DNA of 64,000 nucleotides from Macrostomum lignano (Eukaryota): NCBI GenBank assembly GCA_002269645.1, contig NIVC01000020.1, positions 372,001 to 436,000 of the forward strand, read 5' to 3'. Shown piece by piece: positions 1 to 14,159 of this stretch (position 1 is its first letter; each line of letters starts with the position of its first letter). The notes under the pieces were generated by a model. It saw only the letters and a program-made list of their open reading frames with translations, ran no database searches and was not told where the DNA came from. The position numbers and the translations under genes were made by a program.

Positions 1-520
1 ATAGGACTGAATGTACATAGCAAATGTACAGTGTTTTGGAATAACTTTATTTATAGCCTTCTCTGCACCCCGCGAGTGGAGAGGCGTAGAGAGGAGAGAC
101 AGTTTAGCGAGAGATTCAAACCACTGTCCTCTGTATAGACACAAGTCTGCAGCAGTTTAACAGTGGATGGCAATTGGCAATTGGCAAATCGAGGGAATCC
201 ACTATCCAGCATGGTTTGTAAAAGCGAAAGATTTATGAAAAGGCGATGCGATGCAATGCAATACAACCCTACTAAATTGGGCACACCATGGAAATTTTAG
301 GTTTCTTTTAAAGGTACTGTGTAAATATTAAATGGCCTCCTAAGAAATGCGTATTTCCTTGGTTGTTAGACTGATGCAGACTGCAGTGGAGCTGAAGATA
401 CAAAAATTCCTTTCAGGGCTGCAAATTGGCAAGAAAGATGACGTGATCAAAGCATGAGAACAACCATGAGAGTACTACGTCCCACAAACTGGCTTTCCAA
501 GCAGGGATGGGCAGACTTTT

Positions 521-1215
521 ACCTCAAAGGCCAGATAAAGAATCCAGCTCATAGCTGAGGGGCAGATGAAAGTGGAAAGAAGAAGGAATAGACGATTCGA
601 AGAGAGGAGAGGCGACAGAGGGGATAAAAGAAAAGATAAAAGATAATAGGAGAGATGAGGGGGTGAGGACGATGAGAGAGAGGGGGAGAAGAGGGGAGAG
701 AGGAAAAGCGAGAGGAGAGAGTAGAGATGAGAGAGCAGAGAGCTGCAGATGAGAGGAGAGAGGAGACAGCAGAGAGGAGAGCAGAGAGGAAACAGGTGAA
801 AGAAGAGATGAGAGAGTAAAGGGAAGAGAGAAGAGATAAAGATACATCTCTACATCTCTAAGGTTGTAGAGATGAGAGAGGTTGAAGGAGAGATGAGAAA
901 TGAGAGATGAGAGATAACGGAGAGAGGAGAGTGGAGTGAGAGAAGAGAGGGAGACAGAGTATAGAAAAGGGAAGAGAAGAGAAAAGAAGAAAGGAGAAAG
1001 GAAAGTAAGGAGTCAAAAGAGGGGAAAGAAAAGAGTACAGAGGAGAGAGGTGAGAGAACATATAAGACAGAGATGCCAGATTAAAGAGGGGGATGAGAGA
1101 GCAGAGACGAGAGTGAACAGATAAAAGATGGGAGAGTAGAGAGAACAGAGGAGAGGAAAGAGGAGAATGGAGAGGGGAGAGAGTAGAGAGAGGAGGAGAG
1201 ATAAGAGAGAAAGAC

Positions 1216-1311
<96 letters not shown>

Positions 1312-1385
1312 TAAGAGAGAAAGACAGAGAAGAGAGAGAGAGAGAGAGGGAGAGAGAGAGAGAGAGGGAGAGAGAGAGAGAGAGA
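521..1385. repeat. Degenerate purine-rich (AG) tract ending in (AG)n
   Basis: The + strand is almost all A/G. The overlapping Ser/Leu and Glu/Arg ORFs are by-products of the repeat. Confidence 0.9.
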
Positions 1386-1461
1386 GGAGGGCGCCTCCAA
1401 TCTCGGGCACTGACACGGTAGAAAGTCAGAAAGGACTGAAAAAAGTCAATTTAAATTGAGT

Positions 1462-1498
1462 AGCCGATATTTCGAAATTAAATTTCTTCGTCAGGGCT
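1462..1498 (-). ncRNA. Minimal type I hammerhead ribozyme (3' pLTR copy)
   Basis: Minus strand reads AGCC-CUGACGA-A-GAAAU(UUA)AUUUC-GAAA-U-AUC-GGCU. The catalytic core, a 5-bp stem II, a 4-bp stem I (AGCC/GGCU), a vestigial palindromic stem III and an AUC cleavage triplet are all visible. Confidence 0.8.
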
Positions 1499-1912
1499 GT
1501 AAGCGAGTGAAGTTTATTTGGCGCGAATTGCCGTCAAAATATAAAGGCGATATCGCCAGGGAGAGACGATCGATAAATTGATGTGCTCAAGCACTTAAAA
1601 CAGTGCGCATGGTCAGTACATTAAAACGAGTCCGAGACTATGAGAAAAGCGGGGGTGGCTAAAACTGTACAATTGGGCCTAGACGACCTTTAAGTGTAGA
1701 ATAAAAATTGCAAAAATAAATGGCGAAATAAATAGGTAAGGTAAATAAAAATAATTATTAAATGCTCAGAGCAAAAATGCAGGTGCACCGTACACAGTGT
1801 CAGAAAAATGAATAAAAAGCAGAAAATAAATAATCTGAATAAATCGAAATAAAGTCAATGAAAAAATCACAGAGGGGAAAATAGCAGTAAAGGAGCCTTT
1901 GTACAGCTGATC

Positions 1913-4165
1913 TCAATTGGCAGAAGCTGGTTCGAGCTGGCTGTGGCAGAGTAGATCCCGAAGGCTCCTCCCTTTAGTGAAGGCCGGCAGTACAGGGGCA
2001 TCGCAGTGCTGTGCCACGCCGTCCCTCACCTTGGCAACCAGGGTGTCTGACCCAGCGCAGTGCGGCACAATCAGTGGGATCGCCGGATTGTGCAGCACCC
2101 CGGCCAGCTCGTTGGCGCCATGTGGGACCAGAGTTTTCAGGACCGCGATGAGTTTGGCCTCCTGGCGTTGACGTCGTTCATTGGCCTTGGGTCCAGAGCC
2201 GTCCCGCGTCCACACTCCGGTGAAGGCAAAGTCCTCGAGACTATGGCCATCGTTGCTGAAGTGGCGGGCCACCGGAGTGTCGCGTGCGTGCCTGATGTCG
2301 CCGACGTGCGCTAGCATGCGGGCCCGGATGCTGTTGACCGTCTCGCCGACGTAGACCGTGCAGCTGCAGCGGCGGCAGAACACGGTGTAGACAGCGTTGA
2401 CCGAGTTGCAGTCGATCCTCTGGCTGATGGTGATCTTGACGGTCGTGGACGCGGATCCCGGGCAGACGGAGGTGAATCTGGCGTGCGCCTGGCAGCACTT
2501 GCACAGCCGGGCCGGGTTGCACGGCAGGAAGCCGAACTCCCACCGCCTTGTCGGGTAGAAACCCAGCTCCGCCAGCACCTCGTATTTGATATTGCGTAGA
2601 AAACGCCTGTTGTAGCCCTGGTGCTGCACCAGATTCGACAGCAGCTCGGTGCAGGCCGCGTCGAAGTCGACCATCCGGGAGCACCTGCGGGCGTATCTGA
2701 TGAGCTGGGACTTGACCACACCCTTGAACGTCCGCCTCGGGTGGAATGAGTCGCGGTGGATAAGAGCTCGGCTGTCCGTGGGCTTGAAGAAGACTCTAGT
2801 CGCCAGACGCTTGGAGTCCCCCTCGCGGTCCCAGAAGACGGTGGTGTCCAGGAAGTTGACCTCGGTGCTGCTGTAGCTCAGCTGCAACCTGATGTTCGGG
2901 TCGAGGCCATCCAGGAGCTCGTGGAAGCGGACCAGCTCGTCTCTCGTTCCGTGCCAGACGCCGAAGATGTCGTCAATGTAGCGCAGCCACAGGGCGGGCT
3001 TCTGCGGGCTGAGCTCCAGGCCCCGCTGCTCCCAGTAGCCCATGTAGATGTTGCTGTAGCTGGGTGCAAACGACTTCCCCATGGCCGTGCCTTTCACTTG
3101 CAGGAAAAATTTGCCGTCGAATTCGAAGTCGTTGCGCTCCAGGTTAAGCTTGAGCAGACTGAGGAGGCTCGCGTCTGGGCGCCTGGCATCCGGGTGCTCC
3201 CTGAAGGCCCTCTGTACGCACTCGAGTCCGGCCGCGGTCGGGATGTTGGTGTAAAGGCTGGCGACGTCCATGGTGAACAGGAAGGACTCCTCGGACGCCG
3301 CACAGGCGATCCCGCGGATGGCGGCTTGGAAGTGGTCAGTGTCCCTGATGAAGCTGGGCAGCTGGATGACGATCGGCTGCAGGAAGCTGTCGATGAAGCG
3401 GCCGCTGGCGTAAGACTCGCTGTCCACGTCAGACACGATGGGCCGGCCCGGAGGAATGTCGCCGAGCGGCCACGACTCGACGGGCTTGTGGATCTTCGGC
3501 AGGATGTAGAAGCACCGCGTGCGGAACTCCTCCTTCGGGCAGAAGGCGTTGAACTGGCGCCGATCGATGATCCTTCGGTCCAGCAGCGATCTGAAGACGC
3601 CGCGGATCATCTGGGCTGTGAAGCGGCTGATCGGTGCGCTCAGAGGTCGGTAAAACAGCGGGTCTTCCAGCTGACGCAGGCATTCACGGACATAGTCCTG
3701 CCGGTCCAGGATGACCAGCTGGCTGCCCTTGTCGGCCGGCTTGATGACGATGGACTTGTCTGCCCGCAGATCTCGCAGTGCCTTTGCCTCCGCCTGGCTA
3801 ATGTTTGGAGCGTTCCTGCAGTCCCGGATGTTCTCCCTGACGTCGTCCAGCTCCGCCAGAGCGGCTTGAATTTCGGGCCGGAGGCGGCTCGGATCGATAC
3901 TGGCCGTTGGGCGGCGGGGAAGCGGCGGACCGTCGTCCACCGTCAGTTCGCGCTTGAAGCCGCGAGCCGCCGACACGGCCAGATGCTCGCCAAAGTTGCG
4001 GACGCCGGACGCCAGAGACTCCGCCGAGGTGCACCGAGGAGCCACTACGAAGGACTGGCCGCGCTCCAGCAGTTGCAGTTCAGTCGGTGCGAGAGCGCGG
4101 CTGGAAAGGTTCGTCACCCTCAGTTGGGGGGGCCCATGGCTCGCCCCCGGCCCGCTCAGTTTTTT
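1913..4165 (-). CDS. PLE reverse transcriptase plus GIY-YIG endonuclease (ORF2)
   Basis: Motifs VTNLSS, KPADKG, LPKIHK, GRPIVS, MDVASLYTNIP, GTAMG, RYIDD, FLD and HP..KSQLIR; a Cys linker CNPARLCKCC; AVYTVFCRRC..VYVGET..RMLAH..RHF. The frame is open up to the slippery site at 4159-4165. The first in-frame Met is about 170 aa downstream. Confidence 0.93.
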   Translation of the reverse strand, partial: KKLSGPGASHGPPQLRVTNLSSRALAPTELQLLERGQSFVVAPRCTSAESLASGVRNFGEHLAVSAARGFKRELTVDDGPPLPRRPTASIDPSRLRPEIQAALAELDDVRENIRDCRNAPNISQAEAKALRDLRADKSIVIKPADKGSQLVILDRQDYVRECLRQLEDPLFYRPLSAPISRFTAQMIRGVFRSLLDRRIIDRRQFNAFCPKEEFRTRCFYILPKIHKPVESWPLGDIPPGRPIVSDVDSESYASGRFIDSFLQPIVIQLPSFIRDTDHFQAAIRGIACAASEESFLFTMDVASLYTNIPTAAGLECVQRAFREHPDARRPDASLLSLLKLNLERNDFEFDGKFFLQVKGTAMGKSFAPSYSNIYMGYWEQRGLELSPQKPALWLRYIDDIFGVWHGTRDELVRFHELLDGLDPNIRLQLSYSSTEVNFLDTTVFWDREGDSKRLATRVFFKPTDSRALIHRDSFHPRRTFKGVVKSQLIRYARRCSRMVDFDAACTELLSNLVQHQGYNRRFLRNIKYEVLAELGFYPTRRWEFGFLPCNPARLCKCCQAHARFTSVCPGSASTTVKITISQRIDCNSVNAVYTVFCRRCSCTVYVGETVNSIRARMLAHVGDIRHARDTPVARHFSNDGHSLEDFAFTGVWTRDGSGPKANERRQRQEAKLIAVLKTLVPHGANELAGVLHNPAIPLIVPHCAGSDTLVAKVRDGVAQHCDAPVLPAFTKGRSLRDLLCHSQLEPASAN

Positions 4166-6353
4166 GGAAGGTCGCCCGCCGTCTCCAGGGCGACGGCGAA
4201 CGCCCCATCAGCAGACTGTCGCTCCAGGCTGATCTGGTCCCGTCGGAATGCCAGGTCCTTGGTGTCCAGCGAGATCAGGCTGACAGACCGGTAGCTGCTC
4301 AGGAGCTGGTTCGTCTTGCGACAGTTACTCTTCTGGAGCGCCGGCGCATCGGGGGGCACACGGTCTGCACCACCCAGATTGACGCGCCGGGGAAAGCCTT
4401 CCTGATGTTGGTCAGGCTCATCTTCCAGAGCTTGGCGATGGAGAAGTCGAAGCTCTCACGGTGGAGGTCGTTGTTGCCGGCCCAGACGATGACGCGGCCC
4501 GTGTCGGGACTCGCATTCTCCACCTTGCTGATGTTCTTCAGGTAGTCCAGCGTGAGGCCCGGGAAGCAGTGCACCTCTAGGTCTGGCGAGGCCAGCTTCA
4601 CGAATTCCACGTTCTGGTCAGCGATCACCAGAGTGGGCTTCTGCTTTGACCTCAGCTTCCAGTGCTTCTTGGCTCCGTGGTGGTAGATGACTTTGTTCTC
4701 CCGTAAGCTTCTGGCAGTCTTCAACGGCTGCATGAGGCTACCGGGATCAGGAGAACCAGATGGGGGCCTCTTCCTGGTGGCCGCCGGGGTTCCGGAGTCA
4801 GCGGCATCTTCACTTGTCCGGGCGGTGACAGTCTCTGGAACACCAGTAGACGTAGTCATGGGGAGGGACACCTCCCTGTTTGTCGGAGTCTCAATTGAGG
4901 CACAGTTCCGTGTGAATGGCGCCGTAGAGTTCTCTTCTCGAGCTGACGAAGCTGACGAGGCCGGCGGCGCGGTCGCCGACGAGACCGCCGATGAAGCCGC
5001 CGGCGCGGTCGCCGACGAGGCCGCCGATGAAGCCGCCGGCTCGGTCGCCGACGAGGCCGCCGGCGCGGTCGCCGACGAGGCCGCCGATGAAGCCGCCGGC
5101 GCAGTCGCCGACGAGGCCGCCGATGAAGCCGCCGGCGCAGTCGCCGACGAGGCCGCCGGCGCGGTCGCCGATGAAGCCGCCAGCGCAGTCGCCGATGAGG
5201 CCGCCGGCGCGGTCGCCGACGAGGCCGCCGATGAAGCCGCCGGCTCGGTCGCCGACGAGGCCGCCGATGAAGCCGCCGGCGCGGTCGCCGACGAGGCCGC
5301 CGATGAAGCCGCCGGCGCGGTCGCCGACGAGGCCGCCGATGAAGCCGCCGGCGCAGTCGCCGACGAGGCCGCCGATGAAGCCGCCGGCTCGGTCGCCGAC
5401 GAGGCCGCCGATGAAGCCGCCGGCGCGGTCGCCGACGAGGCCGCCGATGAAGCCGCCGGCGCGGTCGCCGACGGGGCCGCCGATGAAGCCGCCGGCGCGG
5501 TCGCCGACGAGGCCGCCGATGAAGCCGCCGGCGCGGTCGCCGACGAGGCCGCCGATGAAGCCGCCGGCGCCATCGCCGACGAGGCCGCCGATGAAGCCGC
5601 CGGCGCCATCGCCGACGAGGCCGCCATTGAAGCCGCCGGCGCGTTAGCTCCAGTCTCGAAAATGGACATGAGCTCCTCCGACGCCTCCTCGATGATGGAA
5701 GCCAACGAACTGGACGTAGGTGGGGCAGCGGTCGACGCTTGGGAATGCGGTGTGGCCTGGAGCTGCGTAGCCGGTTCACTCAGACAGCCAGCCAGTGCCT
5801 TGAACCCATGGGTGTGCAGGCGCTCCATCACCCCGTCAAGTATGCGGGGACTCCAGGCTCTGCCAATCTTGTTAGCGGCCCAACGGATGCCTACGAGCCA
5901 GCCGGTCTTGAATTCCACCACCGGGCCAGATAGTCGAAGCTGCTCCAACTTCTCGGCCACCGCTGCGAACTGCGTGCCATAATGCGTCCTCATGTCCGCC
6001 GTTGTGTGCACCAGCCACTGTAGGGCGTTGGATTCAAAGCGCTGGTGAGTCTCCTTGCTCTGGAACGCTGGACAGAGGAATAAGGTCAGGCTATCTGCCT
6101 TCCTTCGGACTGTCACTGGAGCTGCCGGGCGAGACCAGTTCTGCAGATGGTGATGGATCCTGCACAGTCCCTTGCACGCTGCCGCGACTTGGTTGCTGAA
6201 GGGCTGTTGCTGTGGTCCTGGCGGAGGCAGATTGGCAGGCTGTCTGGGCCTTGCAGGTCGTTCACTGTTACTCTGAGGTTCAACTTGACGTCCAATGCGT
6301 CTCCGACTGTTGAACCACTGACGTTGCTGACGGAAGTTAGTTGCTGAACTCAT
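4156..6353 (-). CDS. PLE ORF1: N-terminal helical domain, Ala/Ser/Thr/Pro repeat, SGNH/GDSL-like domain; one frameshift at the C6 run (4351-4356)
   Basis: ATG at 6353 (MSSATNF). SGNH-like blocks VIADQN, CFPGLT and VIVWAGNND. The domain continues in the 4156-4359 frame ([19 protein letters not shown]...RDQISL). Confidence 0.75.
4955..5643 (-). repeat. 36-bp coding tandem repeat ([12 protein letters not shown]), about 19 units, inside ORF1
   Basis: Unit CCGCCGATGAAGCCGCCGGCGCGGTCGCCGACGAGG. It has no stops in the other frames, which explains the overlapping long ORFs. Confidence 0.92.
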
Positions 6354-6411
6354 GTTGTCCAAATGAATTACCGGTGCTGGCCAAAGAGAGAGGGAGAGAG
6401 AGAGAGAGAGA

Positions 6412-7793
6412 GGAGGGCGCCTCCAATCTCGGGCACTGACACGGTAGAAAGTCAGAAAGGACTGAAAAAAAGTCAATTTAAATTGAGTAGCCGATATTTC
6501 GAAATTAAATTTCTTCGTCAGGGCTGTAAGCGAGTGAAGTTTATTTGGCGCGAATTGCCGTCAAAATATAAAGGCGATATCGCCAGGGAGAGACGATCGA
6601 TAAATTGATGTGCTCAAGCACTTAAAACAGTGCGCATGGTCAGTACATTAAAACGAGTCCGAGACTATGAGAAAAGCGGGGGGTGGCTAAAACTGTACAA
6701 TTGGGCCTAGACGACCTTTAAGTGTAGAATAAAAATTGCAAAAATAAATGGCGAAATAAATAGGTAAGGTAAATAAAAATAATTATTAAATGCTCAGAGC
6801 AAAAATGCAGGTGCACCGTACACAGTGTCAGAAAAATGAATAAAAAGCAGAAAATAAATAATCTGAATAAATCGAAATAAAGTCAATGAAAAAATCACAG
6901 AGGGGAAAATAGCAGTAAAGGAGCCTTTGTACAGCTGATCTCAATTGGCAGAAGCTGGTTCGAGCTGGCTGTGGCAGAGTAGATCCCGAAGGCTCCTCCC
7001 TTTAGTGAAGGCCGGCAGTACAGGGGCATCGCAGTGCTGTGCCACGCCGTCCCTCACCTTGGCAACCAGGGTGTCTGACCCAGCGCAGTGCGGCACAATC
7101 AGTGGGATCGCCGGATTGTGCAGCACCCCGGCCAGCTCGTTGGCGCCATGTGGGACCAGAGTTTTCAGGACCGCGATGAGTTTGGCCTCCTGGCGTTGAC
7201 GTCGTTCATTGGCCTTGGGTCCAGAGCCGTCCCGCGTCCACACTCCGGTGAAGGCAAAGTCCTCGAGACTATGGCCATCGTTGCTGAAGTGGCGGGCCAC
7301 CGGAGTGTCGCGTGCGTGCCTGATGTCGCCGACGTGCGCTAGCATGCGGGCCCGGATGCTGTTGACCGTCTCGCCGACGTAGACCGTGCAGCTGCAGCGG
7401 CGGCAGAACACGGTGTAGACAGCGTTGACCGAGTTGCAGTCGATCCTCTGGCTGATGGTGATCTTGACGGTCGTGGACGCGGATCCCGGGCAGACGGAGG
7501 TGAATCTGGCGTGCGCCTGGCAGCACTTGCACAGCCGGGCCGGGTTGCACGGCAGGAAGCCGAACTCCCACCGCCTTGTCGGGTAGAAACCCAGCTCCGC
7601 CAGCACCTCGTATTTGATATTGCGTAGAAAACGCCTGTTGTAGCCCTGGTGCTGCACCAGATTCGACAGCAGCTCGGTGCAGGCCGCGTCGAAGTCGACC
7701 ATCCGGGAGCACCTGCGGGCGTATCTGATGAGCTGGGACTTGACCACACCCTTGAACGTCCGCCTCGGGTGGAATGAGTCGCGGTGGATAAGA

Positions 7794-7794
<1 letters not shown>
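6412..7794 (-). repeat. Pseudo-LTR: 5'-truncated upstream copy (GIY-YIG end plus 3' UTR)
   Basis: Near-identical to 1386-2766. Joins (AG)n through a shared TAAGAG at 7789-7794. Confidence 0.92.
6489..6525 (-). ncRNA. Minimal type I hammerhead ribozyme (5' pLTR copy)
   Basis: Same sequence as 1462-1498. Confidence 0.8.
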
Positions 7795-7873
<79 letters not shown>

Positions 7874-7887
7874 TAAGAGAGAAAGAC

Positions 7888-7958
<71 letters not shown>

Positions 7959-8380
7959 GAGAAGAGATAAGAGAGAAAAGATAAAAAGAAGAGAAAGGAA
8001 AGATGAGAGAGCAAAGACGAGAGAGAAAAGAGGTGCGGGAAGAGACGAGAGAAGAGGGGAGAGATGAGAGAGTTAAGAGAAGAGAGAAAAGAAATAGAAA
8101 GGAGAAGGAAGATAAGAGAGAAGAGGGGGTGAGAGGAGAGAGGAGAGGGGGAGAGAGAAGAGAGAAAACGGAAAAGTAGAGAGGAGAGAGAAAAGAAGAG
8201 ACAAGAGATGAGATAAGAGAAATGAAAGAGAAGAGAGATGAGGGAAGATACGAAAGAAGAGGGGAGAGAGGAGAGACGAGAGAGGAGAGACGAGGGACGA
8301 GAGAGATGAGAGGAAACAAAGAAACGATAGAAATTTTAAAGGATCCAAGGGACGTAGGGAGAGACAGGGAGAGACCAGAG
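7795..8380. repeat. (AG)n followed by a degenerate purine tract
   Basis: Direct reading; homologous to 11490-11990. Confidence 0.9.
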
Positions 8381-8622
8381 TTTAGCAATATATGTTTTAG
8401 AGTCAGACAGACATTGCCTGACATTCTGCGCAGTACCCCAGCCAACAATGTCTCAAACCCTAATTTTAAACGAATGTGCTCCATTTTATGTCTACCTCTA
8501 TCCTACTAACTATTAACAAGTTTTTGTTTGTGTATGGCCTTAGATTTCAGAATACATGCAAAAGTAGTTCCGGGTATTGGAATTCCCCGGGTTCAAAATC
8601 CGCGGGTTTCAACAGCTTGTCT

Positions 8623-12048
<3,426 letters not shown>

Positions 12049-13520
12049 TACATGTATAGAATAAGGACCAGAATAAACGAAATTATGAACAAATTGTCGG
12101 TGACATTCGTGAGTTTGTTCTTCAGGGTAGTTCTGGGAGAATCAGAACCATGGAGGAAAGAACTCCTCCATGGTCAGAACTCGCAATGCGCCACAAGCCA
12201 TGCTAAACATGTTTGTAATGGGTCTATGAAATTTGCTCCACGTACAGCGATTGACTTCAAACTTGATACAATTCTTCATTGACTCATTCTCTGTCTAAAT
12301 ATAGTCTCAACTTTGTACCTCAATCAGGACAGAAACTGTTGACATGTGAAGTTTGTCTGCTTTTTCTGTTGTGCCGCTCATTGGATTCATCGATCCAACT
12401 CATTCCCCCAGACCAAGGATCAGGTGATAGGGCTGAATGTACATAGCAAATGTACAGTGTTTTGGAATAACTTTATAGCCTTCTCTGCTAACGTTTAGCC
12501 ATGACAGTTTAGACGTAGTAAGGAATTTAACTACTGTCCTACTACGATCGCTATCTGATTGCGACTTGAGAGTATTCTGTCCCCCACAATGACCCCCAAC
12601 ACAATGACAAACTGACTTTCCAAGCACTCGAACTGATGCTGATGCTTTTAGTTATAAAATATTTTGGACTTTTACCCATTTCTCAGGATTTTTTTAGCTA
12701 AAATCATGCATATTACCATTGCCAGAAAACAAGCAATCTTTTGACAGTTCGGTCAGCAAATTCCTGCTAGCAACTTTCGGTCAGCAAAATTCCTGCTAGC
12801 AAATCTCGGCTAGCAAAATCCTCGCTAGCAAAATTCCTGCTAGCAAGCTTCGGCTAGCAAACCTCGGCTAGCAGGTTTCGGCTAGAAAACTTCGGCTAGC
12901 AGGTTTCGGCTAGCAGATTTCGGCTAGCAGATTTCGGCTAGCAAACTTCGGCTAGCAGATTTCGGCTAGCAGATTTCGGCTAGCAGATTTCGGCTAGCAG
13001 GTTTCGGCTAGCAGGTTTCGGCTAGCAGGTTTCGGCTAGCAGGTTTCGGCTAGCAGGTTTCGGCTAGCAGGTTTCGGCTAGCAGATTTCGGCTAGCAGGT
13101 TTCGGCTAGCAGGTTTCGGCTAGCAGGTTTCGGCTAGCAGGTTTCGGCTAGCAGGTTTCGGCTAGCAGGTTTCGGCTAGCAGGTTTCGGCTAGCAAATTT
13201 CTCGCTAGCAAACTCGGCTAGCAGATTTCCTGCTAGCAAATCTCGTACTCCCGTTTGTAATCATGCAAAACCAAAATACACTCGCTACATGCTACGGAGC
13301 GTGCTACGGTCTAAGGAAAGCAGATCAGTTAAAATGTAGGAAGGTGAGCCATACAGTACAGTCGGGCACTCGATACGTTTTTCAAATTTCAAACTGTACA
13401 CTGTATTCCAAAGTATTTGTTTTCTTGCACCTCAGACAGTCAGCTTTTATCGATTAGACGTGGCTGAGTAGCTTAAGCCTCTCTTCTAGCTTTGCAATTC
13501 TCGCATCCTTAGTAGCGACT
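12049..13520 (-). pseudogene. Interrupted remnant of the 3' end and downstream flank of a paralog of the 20238-21161 gene
   Basis: 12049-12110 resembles 19979-20045. 13263-13520 resembles 20050-20300, including the last codons (AKDARIAxLEERLK-like). Confidence 0.7.
12770..13245. repeat. 14-bp tandem array GCAG(G/A)TTTCGGCTA, about 33 units
   Basis: Direct reading; palindromic GCTAGC at the unit junctions. Confidence 0.92.
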
Positions 13521-14159
13521 AGTTTTTGTTGAAAAGGCAAGTTAACAATAAATTTTAAGTTGAAGGGGAAAGGTGACTGTTAGTTTCTCGGGCTTGTGGG
13601 GTATCTGCAGTGTGAGCATTACTAAAGACGAAGTTCCATTGAGCTCAAAAAAGCAAAAAAAGTTTCGCTTCTGGAAATGTTGTGAAGGCTTATGAAAGAG
13701 CCTTCACGTGGGTTTAAATTAAGCAAAGATTAAGGGAGAGATCTGAAAGGAATGGAGGGAACGAATCAAATAGGGAAAGCTTATCCTTCTAAAAGGATTC
13801 TTAATCCTTTAATCCTTAATCCCTCTAAAATAAATCCCTCTGAAACGGAGTCTTACTGCAGCTGGCTGTGCTGTCGAAAACAACAAATTCTGCACTTTCA
13901 GCTTTGAGTTCGTACACACAAGGTTGAGAATATGCTGTCTATTTTTGCTGATATTGAAAAACAAAGATTTAAATGGACAACCGCTTCTGTGGTAACCAAT
14001 CGATTAAATAAAAACATACATGCACTCCCTAATCGGCTAATCCAGACACGCTCTAATTATCCTTCAAGATAGATTTTGATTCAGATTTTCATCCATACTC
14101 AAGAACACAGAACGCATTCAATTGTGTCTCCAGACACAATGTGCTCGTTGCGAGCTGGA

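Larger units (their letters stand above)
1386..7794 (-). mobile_element. Penelope-like retroelement (Neptune-like): full-length copy preceded by a 5'-truncated tandem copy (pseudo-LTR)
   Basis: RT plus GIY-YIG ORF. 1386-2766 is repeated almost identically at 6412-7794 (offset about 5026-5028). (TC)n lies at both ends and at the internal junction. Hammerhead motifs are present in both repeats. Confidence 0.93.
1..8619 (+). mobile_element. Non-autonomous Helitron-like unit A (5' end lies before the window), carrying an AG-rich tract and the PLE insertion
   Basis: 1-520 resembles 9297-9800, 838-1200 resembles 11036-11400, and 7960-8330 resembles 11625-11960. Ends with the same GGAATTCCCCGGGTTCAAA(A/T)TCCGCGGGTTTCAACAGCTTG|T terminus as unit B. 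Confidence 0.45.

Noticed and set aside
2756-4294. 512-aa + strand ORF
   Set aside because: Antisense shadow of the GC-rich RT ORF; no recognisable motifs.
4687-5982. Ice-nucleation- or antifreeze-like [11 protein letters not shown] and other frames over the 36-bp repeat
   Set aside because: Antisense or alternative frames of the PLE ORF1 repeat.
6440-6480. Splice-acceptor-like tracts in the pseudo-LTR (possible retained PLE intron)
   Set aside because: Pyrimidine-AG sites are visible on the minus strand, but no convincing donor could be assigned.
6941-8014. 357-aa ORF as a separate endonuclease gene
   Set aside because: It is the truncated pseudo-LTR copy fused to (TC)n.
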